The notes under the pieces: model-generated
The model's database searches: none
Told to the model about the DNA's origin: nothing
Seen by the model: the letters and a program-made list of their open reading frames with translations, nothing else
Shown: in pieces, positions 26,755-39,956 of the stretch
Position numbering within the stretch: position 1 is the first letter of the stretch
Layout of the letters: the number at the start of each line of letters is the position of its first letter
Program-made: the position numbers and the translations under genes
NCBI RefSeq assembly: GCF_963921235.1
Contig: NC_086108.1
Location: 2,542,001-2,606,000 of the forward strand
Direction of reading: 5' to 3'
Length of the DNA: 64,000 nt
Origin: Mobula hypostoma
Taxonomy: Eukaryota

Positions 26755-27120
26755 CCCCCGGTCAGGGTCACGTGAAGCCAAGGGAGCAGGTGGCGGATGG
26801 TCGTATGAGCAGCTGGTACATTTCACAAATCCAGGTTATGCAACCACTGACACCAGGCAGAGAGTCTGAAGAGTATTGATAATGGCTGGGGTCACCCATC
26901 TTGTAAAGCCAATGACAAACATCTTCTGTAGAAAAATTTGCCAAGAACAATGGTGGTGGCATAACCAGGAGTGGTGAAATGCACCGGCTGCTCATACGAC
27001 CATCCCCCACCTGCTCTCGTGGCTTCACATGACCCTGATCGGGTGGCGGGGCTAAGCAGGTGCTGCACCTTGCCCAGGGGTGACAGAGGGAAGGAGCGAC
27101 GTATCTCCACCCCACCATCC
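26755..27120. mobile_element. RTE-related SINE with internal inversion
   Basis: 26755-26848 is the reverse complement of about 26952-27047; same family as 13430-13625 and 14090-14290. Confidence 0.65.
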
Positions 27121-27129
27121 AACAACCTC

Positions 27130-27700
27130 CAGCAGGAATACACACAAAATGCTGGAGGAACGCAGCACCCATGGGAATGAATGAGCAGTCAAGGGGAAGG
27201 AGTATAAGCTGGAAAGTGATGTGAAGCCATGTGACGGGGAGTGAAGTGAAAAACTGGGAGGTGATAGGTGGAAAAAGTAAAGGGCTGAAAAAGAAGGAAT
27301 CTGATGGGAGTGGAGAGTGGACCATGAGAGAAGGCAAAGCAGGAAGAGAACCAGAGAGGGGTAATCAGCAGGTGAGATGAGAAGGGGTAAGACTGGAGAC
27401 AGAATGGGGAATGGGAAAAGAGAAAAGGGGAAGGGGGTGAAATTACTAAAAGTTGGAGAAATCGATGTTCATTCCATCAGGTTAGGGCTACCTAGATGAA
27501 ATATAAGATGTCGCTCCCACAACTTGAGAGTGGCTTCATCATTGCAGTAGTGGAGGCCATGGACCAAATGTCAGAAGGAGGAGTGGGATTAAAATGGTTG
27601 GCTACCAGGAAATCCTCCCTGTTGCAGACAGAGTGAAGGGTGCTTAACATAGTCCCCCCCGCCAAATCTATGTCAAGTCTTACTGATGTAGAGGAGTTCC
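27130..27700 (-). mobile_element. Penelope-like element fragment
   Basis: EDFLVANHFNPT endonuclease remnant plus pLTR end. Confidence 0.65.
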
Positions 27701-27929
27701 TCCAGAAGACTGTTTCTTGGTAAAAAAGATAAACTGTCCGGTTGTGGACCCATTGCCTAAGCTGTGAAAGAATTGGATGTGTGGCTTTCCTAATGTGGGA
27801 AAATCTGTGTGCTTTTTCATTACTATCTTCTGTGTGTATTTCAGATTGGTGATGTATCATTAGCTACAGCTTTTTTACTAAGTTATCAAAAACTCCTCCT
27901 TAACCATCTTTCCTCTTTTTCCCTGTCAG

Positions 27930-28298
27930 TATCCCACGGTGTATTTTCCGAATGAGCATCTGAGCATCGACAGCCCGGTCTTGGGGAAACGCCTGCCTAA
28001 TTCCCGCCGGGCCACCCCTGTGAAGGAAACCAATGTCCAGAGCTTGGATCCCTTCCGGAATTTCAGCCCCCCACTCCCTCCGCCACCCCCTCCCTACCAC
28101 CCTCCTCTGTCACCCCGGAGGGAGCAGATGCAGGCCGGTGAAAAGAAAGAAGAGAGTCAGCCTACCTCATGCCGTGCCCTGCGTGCTAATCTGCAGCCGC
28201 ACTCTGCTGCTCGGACCTTGGAACAGGCCGTTCAAGCTTCTCTCAGGGCAGCAAATTGTGAGGAGCCCTCCGACGATCGCTCGGCACTCGAAGAGCAG
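27930..28298 (+). CDS. Exon (YPTVYFPNEHL...poly-Pro...RSALEEQ)
   Basis: cctctttttccctgtcag acceptor; CAG|gtattt donor; 369 nt, phase 0/0. Confidence 0.85.
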
Positions 28299-29996
28299 GT
28301 ATTTACGAGCATCCCACCACCTCTCGCTTTAGACAGGGCTGGGGTAGAGTGTCAGTGCTGCCCTTTGCTAATACACTTGTATTGTGCCTGCCAGTCTTAG
28401 CTGCAGTCTCTGTGGTCACAATCAGGCCACACTCAGGTTGGAGAAGCAACCCCTCATATTCCATCTGGGTAGCATCCAGTCTGATGACACAAGTATCTAT
28501 CTCTAACTTATGGTAATTTCTCCCCGTTCCCTTTTCTTTTTCCTTTTTCCATTCCTCATTCTGACTCCTCTCACCATTCCCATTCGGACATGGGGGTGAC
28601 CTTAGGGGTCCTTTGTCGTCGTTAAGAAGGTGTGTTGGCCTTCATTAATCGGAGGATTGAGTTCAAGGCTGTGAGGTTATGTTACAGGTCTGTAATACGC
28701 TGGTTAGACCACACCTTTAGTATTGTGTTCATTTCTGGTTGCCTCATTGTAGGAAGATGCGGAAGCTTTAGAGAGGGTACGGAGGACATTTATCAGGATA
28801 CTGCCTGCCTGGATTAGAGAACATGTCTTATGAGGATAAGCTGAGAAAGCTAGGGCTTTTCTTTCTGCAGTAGAGGAGGATGAGAGGTGACTTATAAGAG
28901 GTGTACAAGATGATATGTGGCATAGATGGAGTGGACAGCCAAATACTTTTTGGCAGAAAGCAAAGATTCACATGCTTTTTCTAACAAATACATATAATAT
29001 AGGATCATTTTCTCAATAAATAAATGAACAAGTATAATTCTTTGTGTTATTTATTTAATTAGGTCTCTTCCTCTAGTTTTAGAATTTACATGAAGATCTG
29101 ATCACATTTTAGGTCATATTTATTGCAGAAGTAGAGAAAATTCTACAAGGTTCACAAACTGTACCACTGTAAGTTAGAAGGCTGGTAAAGCATCCTGGAC
29201 CAAAAGGGAAGAGACCGAAGAGATTTAAAGTAAGCACCAGTTTGACAAAGATAAGTAGAATTATTTTCTTTGAGGCTGAGAGGAAACTTGATTCTCTAGA
29301 CAGTAAGTAGGAAAGCCCGTTCCCACCAGCCAGAGGGCAGAGAGGTAAAGTAGTTGATGGGAAGAGTTTGAGGAAGGCTGAGGAATATTTTCATCCATAG
29401 GTTAATGGAGGTCTGTAACTCTCTGTAGAAATCCTTGTTACATTGGAAAGATATGCACACACTCAATTTATAGATCTTCTGATACAAGTTTCAGTCCAAA
29501 GTTCAATAGTGTTCCCCTTTTGCTCTAGCTGCCTGTGGATGCTTGGTCACTGTTTAAAAAAAAACATCTTTGTGATTATCTCCTAACTGTCTACTTTCCT
29601 CAAATTGGCAGTGGCTTTTCTCCACTTCAAAGTAACTGTGCTGCCTATCACTTCAGATATGCAGTGACAGGAAATATAGATCACAGAGCCATAGTACAGG
29701 ACTTTCGGTCCACGAAGATTTGCCAATCTTCTAATCTACTCTAAGATCAATCTAACCCTTCCCTCCGACATAGCCTATTTTTCTATCATCCGTGCGCCAA
29801 ATATTCAAAGTTCAAAATAAATGTATTATCTTTTATACACCTGCTCGTTGATGCAAACATCTAATCAGTCAGTCATGTGGCAGCGACTCAGTACATAAAA
29901 GCATGCAGACTGGTCAACTTCACTCACCCCAAAACTGAAATGTTTCCACGACCTATAAACTAACTTTAAAGGACTCTTCATTTCATGTTCTCAGCA

Positions 29997-32900
29997 CAAT
30001 GGTTTCTGGTTAATTGGGCCATCAGTTGATTAGGGCAGCCGCTTTCTTAGGACAACTCTTAAAGAACAAAAACTGTTTGCGAAATTATGCTGTTTAACTA
30101 AGACAGGAGACTGTTGGTGAACAGTTTCTAACTAGCGTGCACTTGCATGGCTGTTAGACACTGCACCATGCTTAGAGTGAACAGCTTTTAAATAGTGCCA
30201 GTTTCAGAGTTTTTCAAAGTACATGCATATCACCACATACAACCCTGAGGTTCTTTTTCTGCAGGCGTACTTAGAGACCAATAACTGTAAACAAACTGTG
30301 CAAAAGCAGATATAAATAATTAGCAATAAATAACAAGCTTGAAATAACAGTGGAACAGAGTCCTTAAATGAGTGTAGCTATCCCCTTTTGTTCGAGAGCC
30401 TGATGGCTGAAGGTTAGTAACTGCTCTTGAACCCGGTGGTGCGAGTCCTGAGGCTTTTGTACCTTCTGCCTGATAGTAGCAGCGTGAAAAGAGCATGACC
30501 TGGGTGATGGGGATCTTTAATGATGGATGCTGCTTTTCTACAATATTGCTTTATGTGGATGTGTTCGATGGTTGCGAGGGTTTTACCCATGATGTACCGG
30601 GCCAAATCCATTACCCATTGTAGGATTTTCCACTCAAGGCCATTGGTGTTCCCGTACCAATCCTTAATGCAGCCGGTCAGCAAATGTTCCACCACACATC
30701 TATAGAAGTTTGCCAAGGTTTTTGATGACATCCCGAACCTCTGCAGACTCCTGAGCATGTAGAGGCGCTGTCATGCTTTCTTCACAATAATATCTATATG
30801 ATGGGTCCAGGACAGGTCCTCTGAGATGGTGACACCCAGGAGTTTAAAGTTACTGACCCACTCCACCTCTGATCCTCCGATGATTACTGGCTCATGAACA
30901 TCCCCTTCCTTTCCTGTGAAGTCTACAATCAATTCCTTGGTCTTATTGACATTGAGTGAGAGGTTGTTGTTATTACACCCCTCAGCCAAATTTTCAGTCT
31001 TCCTCCTGAATGCTGATTCATCACCCCCTTTGATACAGCAACAGTGGTGTTGTCAGAAAACTTGTATATGGTGTTGGAGCTGTACGTAGCCACACAGTCA
31101 CAGGTGTAAAGTGAGTAGAGCAGGGGGCTAAGCACACATCCCTGTGATGCTGCTGTGCTGATGGAGATTGTGGGGTCTACAAGTGAGGAAATTCAGAATC
31201 CAAATGCAGAAGGGGTATTGAGGCCCAGGTCTTGGAGTTTACTGATTAGTTTTGAGGGGATGTTGGTGTTAAATGCTGAGCTGTGGTGGGTAAAGAGCAT
31301 CCTGATGTTTGCATCTTTGCTGTCCGGATGTTCCAGGGTTGTGTGAAGAGCCAATGAGATAGCGTCCACTGTAGGCCTGCTATTTCAGTAGGCGAATTGA
31401 AGCAGATCCAAGTCACCATTCAGACAGGAGCGGATATGCGTCAACACCAACCTCTCAGAACACTTCATCACTGTGGGCATAAGTGCCACTGGGCGATAGT
31501 CACTTAGACAGGTTACCACGCTCTTCTTGGGCACCAGTATAATCGAAGCCTCCTTTATACAGGTGTATACCACACACTGCTAGAACGAGAAATTGAAGAT
31601 ATCCATGAATACACCAGCCAGCTGATCGGCACAGGGCTCCAGTACTCAGCTAGGTACTCCACCCGGATCATATGCTTTCCTTGGATTCACTCTCTTGAAG
31701 GCAGCCCACATGTCATCTTCAGATACCAAGACCAAAGGATCATTGGGAGACATGGGGGTGTGCGATGGTTCATCTCTGTTCTCGTGTTCAAAGCGAGCAT
31801 AGAAGAAAGCAAAACTCTGCTGTCCCCTGTGTCGCAAGGTTTAGTTAGTAGGAGGTTATAGCATTCAAACCTTGCCTCCGCTGTCGAGCGTTCCTCATTG
31901 ATTCCAGTCTAGTCCGGAATCTCCACTTGACCTAGAGGTGGCTTTCCAGAGATCATACCTGCACCTCTTGTAGCATTCTTGATCTCCAGACTTGAATGCC
32001 TCTGATCTGGTTCTCAGCAGGCTCTGGGTTTCATTGCTCCTCTAGAGTTTCTGACTGGGGGAAACCACGAACGATTTTGTGGGAACAGACTCATCCACAG
32101 CTGTTTTAATGAAGTCTGTTACTACCCTGGTGTAGTCATTCAGATCCTCAGACGAGTTCTTGAATACAGCCCAATCCACTGACTCAAGGCAATCCTGTAA
32201 CCGATCCTCAGCCTCCTGCGACCACCTCTTGGTTGTTCTGATCTCTGGGGCCTTGCTCTTTAGGCTCTGTCGGTATACAGGTAGCAGGAGTACAGACAAA
32301 TGGTCTGACTTGCCAAAATGTGGTTTCGGGAAGGAATGATAAGTATTCCCTATCGTAGTGTAGCAATGATCAAGTGGTTACTCTGGTGCAACGGGTTACA
32401 GTCTGTTGATAATTGGGCAGGGTTTTCTTCAAACAGGCCTGGTTAAAGTCGCGAACTATAATTTGAAATGCGTCAGGATGGGCTGTTTCTTGTCTACAGA
32501 CAGCATTGTGCAGTTTCGCAAATGCTTGCATATAGTCAGCCGCTAGTGGTATGCAGTCAGAATCACAGATGAGAACTCTTGAGACAAATAAAGTTTCACA
32601 TGTTTGTGTTCAAAAAAAGTGATTTTTGTCACTGATAGTTGGTGAGAAATAAGCAATAAGGTAATTCAGAACGGTTGTGCTCTCATCGTGGTTTTAAGCT
32701 TTCAGGTTTAGAGATGCCATAAATGGTCAAGAGTGAAAATGAATCAATTGCACTACCTCACCAAGTTAAGAACTATGAAGTACTTGAAGGTAACCAAAAT
32801 TATCTTGAATGTTACAATAAAAGTGAAGCTTTGAAGGATGCAGTCGCTGATAGCACAGTATGAAGGCACTAGCTGTCTGCACCAATTTTGTTCATTTAGT

Positions 32901-33167
32901 CAATCAAAAAGAACGTGGTAGCGTTACACTGGATGAAATCCTCTGTTGATAGAACTATTAGGAACCAATACACAGTTTTAGAGTGCTGTTGTGGTACTGG
33001 TAGTTCTAATTTGTTCTGTATTTCATTTAAATATTTAATTTGTTACTCAGTTAAATGAGAGTTGGCCTTTTTAACTACTTGTATGAAACTTGGGCTAATT
33101 GGGACAGCCATTTAATTGGGCCAAAATGTACTGGACCCTATGTGTCCTAATTAACCAGAATCCACTG
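29997..33167. mobile_element. Tigger/pogo-like non-autonomous DNA element carrying a Rex1 insertion
   Basis: TIRs CAATGGTTTCTGGTTAATTGGG / CCTAATTAACCAGAATCCACTG followed by TA; same TIR at 16486 and 39064. Confidence 0.65.
30207..32591 (-). mobile_element. Rex1/Babar LINE, 5'-truncated and degenerate
   Basis: Endonuclease-to-RT motifs ([56 protein letters not shown]); candidate TSD AGTTTCA at 30200-30206 and 32592-32598. Confidence 0.85.
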
Positions 33168-33988
33168 TATTTATTGCTTATTTATTTATTTTGTCTTTTT
33201 GGATTTGTACAGTTAGTTGTCTTTTGCCAGTTGCTTGTTTTAATGTCTTGTTTTGTGTGGTCCTTCATAGATTCTGTTGTGTTTCTTGAATGCAGCAAGA
33301 AAATATGTATATGGTGCCATAAATGTACTTTGGTAATAAATTTCCTTTGAATTTTGAACATTTGAAAAGGTTCAGTTGTTCAGACCAAACATCAGAATGG
33401 GGAAGAAATATGATTAAGTGGTTTTGACCGTGGAATGTTGTTGGTGCCAGATGGGGTGGTTTGAGTATCTCAGAAACTGCAGATCTCTTGGGATTTTCAC
33501 ACACAACAGTGTCTTGAGTTTACAGAGAATGGTGCGAGAAACAAAAAAAATCCAGTGAGCAGCATTTCTGGGGATGAAAACACCTTGGTAATGAGAGAGG
33601 TGAGAGGAGAATGGCCAGACTGGCTCAGGCTGACAGGAAGGTGGCAGTAACTCAAATAACTACACATTACAACAGTGCTGTGCAGAAGAGTATCCCTGAA
33701 CACAAAACACGTTGAACCTTGAAGTGGATGAGCTACAAAAGCAGAAGATGACTAATATACTAATATTATATGAATATAATATATTAATATTAATATAATG
33801 ACTAATATAAGATTATTTGTTTTCAAGATGGCGCTGGTATCTGGCGACTCAGCACGTGCTCTCCCGAGCAAACTGCCCTCTACACTATCCTATACCCAAG
33901 AAACCCTTCTAAACCTCCAATCTGCTACATCTAGCAAGATCAACAACACCCTGGCGAAGCTACTGACCCAGCTGGAGATCACCGCACC

Positions 33989-34250
33989 TCTCATATCCCT
34001 TTTGCCTATCACCTGTCCAGCTCTTAGCTCCATCCCTCCCCCTCCTGTCTTCTCCTATCATTTTGGATCTCCCCCTCCCACTTTCAAATCCCTTACTCAC
34101 TCTTCCTTCAGTTAGTCCTGACGAAGGGTCTCGGCCTGAAACGTTGACTGCACCTCTTCCTAGAGATGCTGCCTGGCCTGCTGTGTTCACCAGCAACTTT
34201 GATGTGTGTTGCTTGAATTTCCAGCATCTGCAGAATTCCTGTTGTTTGTG
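33989..34250 (+). mobile_element. Penelope pLTR with hammerhead, inserted in the Rex1 5' region
   Basis: Highly similar to 24285-24552 and 50745-50980; flanked by ACCGCACC / ACCGTACC. Confidence 0.8.
34113..34150 (+). ncRNA. Minimal type I hammerhead ribozyme motif (GUU site)
   Basis: tagtc-CTGACGA-a-gggt ctcg gcct-GAAA-cgtt-gactg: core plus stem I agtc/gact. Confidence 0.7.
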
Positions 34251-37200
34251 ACCGTACCAGAATTGCTTCTTCAACTCCGGACCACAGCTGCACCCAACCA
34301 GTGAGGTCTGGTCCAAGGTCCACCACGTTCCCGGAGACCCGCGGTCAGCTACCGTGCCGGAGCGCTTGGAGACGCGGCCCATTCTGACCAGCACCTCTCC
34401 GGAGCAGACGACCACACAGAAGTGACAGCGGAGACCTCAAGGTGCCCCAGACGCTTCCCCGGAGTGACCACCGTAAAGCCCCCGTTGGTGGCCATCCACA
34501 GCTGCTGGAAGTGAGGCCTCCACTGCTGACCTCGGAAACTGAGCCCGAGGCTCAGCTGGAGCGGAGGCCTCCGCAACTGTGACTCAGTTTATTGACTTGT
34601 TTCAGCCAGGAGCCCAGCCCTCCAGGATTAAGTGTCGGCTTTGGGTCCCGACCCAATCAACAGCCCGGGCCCCCGGCAGCGGAGCCTCCCCCGTCTCTCG
34701 GCCTGACCCGGCGTGCCCGACAACGCGACCCACCAATCGATCCCCACAGGACGCATCCACCAATCTCTAAGAGCTGTCAACAACACACTGCATCGATGGA
34801 AACCTGGAAAGATGCACTATTTACCGAGGAAGCATGGGAAAGGAGCAGGGCTGCTGGTCAGATTGAAGCTGAGGGGCTTCAGGGTCCCTATGCCCACCAT
34901 CCTACTAGCTAATGTGCAAGCCATAGAGAACAAGGTGGATGATCTTAAAGGGAGACTCACCTACTGCAGGGAGATGCAGAACTGCTGCGTATTCTGTTTC
35001 ACCAAGACCTGGCTCTCCCCTGCCACCCCCGAATGTGCCATCTGACCGGAGAGATTTTTGATCCATCGGATGGACCGCACGGCATCTTCAGGCAAGACAA
35101 GGGGAGGTGGTGTCTGCCTACTGATCAACACTGCGTGGTGCTCGGACACAGTGGCACTGACAAGCTCCTGCAGTCCGGACCTGGAACACCTGTCGATGAA
35201 GTATCGTCCCTACTATCTGCCACGGGAATTCACCTCGGTCATACTGACAGCGGTCTACATTCCCCTCCAGACAGACGTGGAGTGTGCTCCGAACATACTG
35301 TATGCCACCATCAGTGAACTTAAGACCAGGTATCCGGAGGCTTTGCTCAATACAGCCAGGGACTTTAACCAAGCCAACCTCAGAAAGGCGCTGCCAAAGT
35401 TATACCAACATGTTTGCTGCCGCACTAGAGGCCCGAATATACTTGACCACTGCTACACAGCAGTCAAGGATGCCTACTGTTCTGTCCCACGACCTCACTT
35501 CGGAAAATCAGACCATCAGGCCGTACTCCTCCTCCCGGTTTACAAACAGAAACTGAAGCGGGAGGTCACGGTGTCAAAAGTGGTGTTGCGTTGGACGGAG
35601 GAAATGGATGAGGTCCTCCGTGACTGCTTTGAATCGGTGGACTGGTTAGTATTCAAGGACTCGGCAGCTAACCTCGATGAGTATGCCTCAGCTGTCACGG
35701 ACTTTATCTGGAAATGCACAGAGGACTGTGTGTCTCACAAGACGATCCGGGTATTCCCTAACCAAAAACCTTGGATGAAATATGAGGTCAAGTCCCTTTT
35801 GAAGGCTAGAGCTGCGGCTTTTAGGTCCAGGGATACCAGTCGCTACACAGAATCCAGGCGTGAACTCCGGAAAGCCATTAAGGGCGCCAAAAGGCAATAT
35901 CGAGCCAAGTTGGAAGCCCAGGCTAACCAGAGGGATGCCGGTAGACTATGGCAGGGTCTAAATGAGATCACTGGGCACAAAGAAAAGGCTGGGAATATCA
36001 AGTGGCGCTTTCTCTTCCTGACGAACTTAACGTATTCTACGCAAGATTTGAACAGAAGAGGAGTGTCCCGCTCCCTCCTGATGAACCAGACCTGGTGGCA
36101 TCAAGATTCATCGTCACCGAGGAGGACATTAGAAGGGCCTTCCTGAAGATAAATCCAAGGAAGGCGATGGGCCCAGATGGCGTCCCGGGACGGGTTCTCC
36201 AGGCCTGTGCAAGCGAGCTAGCTGGAGTGTTTGCTGACATCTTCAACTGCTCCTTGCTTCAGTCTAAGATCCCCTCGTGTTTTGAGAAGGCAACGATAAT
36301 CCCGGTGCCGAAGAAGAGCAAGGTGACATGCCTGAATGACTATTGACCTGTGGCTCTGACATCAATTGCTATGAAGTGCTTCGAGAGATTGGTTATGGCA
36401 CACATCAACCACAGCCTACCGGTCAACCTCGACGCTTTGCAATTCGCCTACCGGAGCAACAGGTCAATGGCAGATGCCACCTCTCTGGCCCTACATTCCT
36501 CCTTAGAACACCTGGAGAATAAAGACGCATATGTAAGGCTCCTTTTCATTGACTACAGCTCTGCCTTTAATACCATCATTCCAAATAAACTGATTCCTAA
36601 GCTCCGGAACCTGGGCCTCAGCACTCAGATCTGCAGCTGGATCTTCAACTTCCTCACAGACAGGACCCAGGCTGTAAAAATAGGGGACAAGCTCTCCTCT
36701 ACAATCACTCCGAGCACCGGTGCCCCACAAGGCTGTGTACTCAGCCCCCTGCTGTACTCACTGTACACCCATGATTGTGTAGCCAAGTTTCCATCAAACT
36801 CAATATATAAGTTTGCTGATCACACCATAATGTAGGCCGTATCTCGGGTAATGATGAGTTTGAATACAGAGAGGAAATTAAGAACCTGGTGGCATGGTGC
36901 GAAGACAATAACCTATCCCTCAACGTCGGCAAGACGAAGGAATTGGTTGCTGACTTCAGAAGGAGTAACGGACCGCACAACCCAATTTACATCAGTGGTG
37001 CGCAAGTGGAACAGGTCAAAAGCTTTAAGTTCCTCGGGGTCAATATCACAAATGACCTGACTTGGTCCAACCAAGCAGAGCTCAGCGCCAAGAAGGTCCA
37101 TCAGCGCCTTTACTTCCTGAGAAAACTAAAGAAATTTGGCCTGTCCCCGAAAACCCTCACTAATTTTTATAGATGCACCGTAGAAAGCATTCTTCTAGGG

Positions 37201-39198
37201 TGCATCACAACCTGGTATGGAAGTTGTCCTGTCCAAGACCAGAAGAAGCTGCAGAAGATCGTGAACACGACGCAGCACATCACACAAAACAATCTTCCGT
37301 CCTTGGACTCACTTTATACCGCACACTGTCGGAGCAGTGTTGCCAGGATAATCAAGGACACGACCCACCCAGCCAACAGACTTTTTGTCCCTCTTCCCTC
37401 CAGGAGAAGGCTCAGGAGCTTGAAGACTTGTACGGCCAGATTTGGGAACAGCTTCTTTCCAACTCTTATCAGACTGCTGAACGGATCCTGACCCGGATCT
37501 GGGCTGTACCCTCCAAATATCCGGACCTGCCTCTCGGTTTTTTTTTTTGCACTACCTTACTTTCCCTTTTCTATTTTCTATTTATGATTTATAATTTAAA
37601 TTTTTAATACTATCGATTTGTACTCCAGGGAGCACGAAGCACAGAATGAAATATCGCTGTGGTGATTGTACGTTCTAGTATCAATTGTTTGGCGACAATA
37701 AAGTATGAAGTATATACATTCAGTAGTTACGTTATTAGGTACCTCGTGAACCCAATAAAGTGGCTACTGATTGTATGTTATCATATACTACCTTGAGTTT
37801 CATTCTCTTGCAGGCATTTACAAAAAAGTAAGGAAATACAGTATCATTTATTTTTTAAAAACTATATATAACACTGATAAATATCCGATGTGCAAAAGAG
37901 AAATTGTGTCAATAATAAATTTTTAAAAAGTAAGTAAGTAATACTGAGAATGTGTCATAGAGTTGTTGAAAGTGATTCTGTACTGTGCAAAAGTCTCAGG
38001 CACATACATATGGTGACTAAGACTTTTGCACAGTACCATTGTATTGCGCTATAACTGCTGCCACGAGAAAAAAACAAAATTCATGATGTGTGAATGATGA
38101 TAAACCTGATTCTGATATGAGTCTCTATTGTGGACTGAGAGTGGGAAGGGGCAGGGAGAGGGGAATCATGGTTGAGAAAAGGGGAAGAGAGAGGGAGGAG
38201 AGAGCAGAAAGCACCAGAGAGACCTTCTGTAATGATCAATAACAAGTAAGTGACCTTGCTGGGGGCTGGGCGTGTCTGCCAATCCATGCCACCCTTCCCC
38301 TGCCTCTGGCCACCTGTCCCACACTCCTCCCACGGTGCCCCACCCTTGCCATTTGCAGCATCCTTTGCTCCCACCAGATTTACAAACGCACTCTCTTCTC
38401 CACACTGAGAAATTCAGTACCGTGCTAAAGTCTAGGCACCCTAGCTATGTATATGTGACTAAAACATTTACACTGTACTGTAGGTTGTGGAGTCAGTGTG
38501 GTGAGTGATGTTATCCACACCGGTTCAGGAGTCTGATGGTTGAGGGGTAATAACTGTTCCTGAGCCTGGTGGTGTGGGACCTGAGGCTCATTGTGGTGAG
38601 TGAAGTTATCCACACTGGTTCAGGAGACTGATGGTTGTGGGGTAATAACTGTTCCTGAACCTGATGGTGTGGGACCCCTTCTTCTTTATGGTAGTAGTGA
38701 AAAGAGAGCATGTCCTGGATGTTGGGGGTTTTTGATGGATGCTGCTTTCTCGTGGCTCAATGATGAGGAGGACTTTGCCTGTGATGGACTGGGCTGATCC
38801 CACCACTGTCTGTAGACTTTTCTGTTTCTGGGCACTGGTGTTTCTATACCCGGCTGTAACACAAGTGTTGCTGTGTAAATACAATTGCTTGTTTGGCCAC
38901 AGCACCCTACTAAATTGCCACCTGTTCTTCTGTAGGTCTCCTGCGTGTTTACAGATCGGAGATATTTATACAACAGTTCATAAATATAATGCAAGACACA
39001 CAAAATGCTAGATGTAGCATCTATGGAAATGAATAAACAGTCAATATTTAGTATTTCCTTATACAGTGGTTTCTGGTTAATTGGGACACATTAGGACGAG
39101 CACATTTTGACCTAATGAAGAGGTTGTCCCAGTTAGTTAAAGTTTCATGGAAATATATAAAAGGCATAATAAAGACAAACTACTATTTAACTAAGTAA

Positions 39199-39422
39199 GG
39201 GAGGGAACGTTGACTCAGATCATGAGAGGCCTGCGTCAGGCATTTTCATGCCTTACAAGGCGCAGATTGGAAGTGTGTGGGGCGCCACTCCTCACACAGA
39301 CACTAGAGCAATGTGTGGTTAAGTGCCTTGTTCAAGGACACAAACACGCTGCCACAGCTGAGGCTCGAACTAACGACCTTCAGATCACTAGACGAACGCC
39401 TTAACCACTTGCTCACGTGCCC
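39199..39422 (-). mobile_element. tRNA-derived SINE with CORE-like domain
   Basis: Minus strand GGGCACGTGAGCAAGTGGTTAAGG...AGTTCGAGCC head and GTCCTTGAACAAGGCACTTAACC. Confidence 0.6.
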
Positions 39423-39918
39423 AACATACTTCAACTAAGTGACAAAATATGTACTTAAATGAAACACAGAAAAAAATTAGAATACTACCAATGGTAGTTG
39501 CCCATTGTATCTGACGATGACAGGAAACCTGTGTGAGAGAGTTTTTAGAAGTGGAAAAGCCAGTGCACTGGGATATTTCCACTCTCGACCTCAGGAGTCC
39601 AAGTCGAGTGGTACGAACAAGTGTCACAAACTGAGGTCTTCCTTAATTGCACCACTTGAAGAGACTTTGCAGTGAAGTAGTAAATTCTCGTGTTTGTGTT
39701 TCCTGCATCTGCAAACTTCCTCGTGTTTGTGATTGACCACTCCACTGCAAAGTCTTTCCGAGGGGTGCCTACTCTGAAGAAGTTTAGATCGTCCCTTCGA
39801 CGGGAGTCCAGTGAGACCCTCTCTCACTGCTGCCTGCCCCTTAGTGATCTCTTCTGCACCTTGTACCTGCTTGTTTGCCTCCCTACCCAACTTCTTATTT
39901 GGTCGTCTTCTCCCTTTC

Positions 39919-39956
39919 CAGTCCTGAAGAAGGGTCTCAGCCCGAAACGTTGACTG
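39919..39956 (+). ncRNA. Minimal type I hammerhead ribozyme motif in a Penelope pLTR
   Basis: cagtc-CTGAAGA-a-gggt ctca gccc-GAAA-cgtt-gactg; 5-bp stem I, 4-bp stem II. Confidence 0.75.

Larger units (their letters stand above)
33820..37712 (+). mobile_element. Near-full-length Rex1/Babar LINE (APE endonuclease plus RT), inactivated
   Basis: 5' [70 protein letters not shown]; 3' AATAAAG(TATGAAG) tail; stops at about 35043 and 36344, frameshifts at about 36000 and 36830, KFADD changed to KFADH. Confidence 0.92.
29830..37775 (+). mobile_element. Tc1-like element split into three pieces (29830-29917, 33365-33750, 37713-37775) by nested insertions
   Basis: AAAGCATGCAGAC-TGGTCAA at about 29900-29917 continues as AGGTTCAGTTGTTCAGACC at 33368, as in the uninterrupted copies at about 9330-9400 and 62810-62880; terminal AATAAAGTGGCTACTGATTGTA at about 37754-37775. 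Confidence 0.65.

Noticed and set aside
39511..39530. CTGACGATGACAGGAAAC looks like a hammerhead core
   Set aside because: No stem II pairing, no NUH in position and no stem I; it lies within a different repeat
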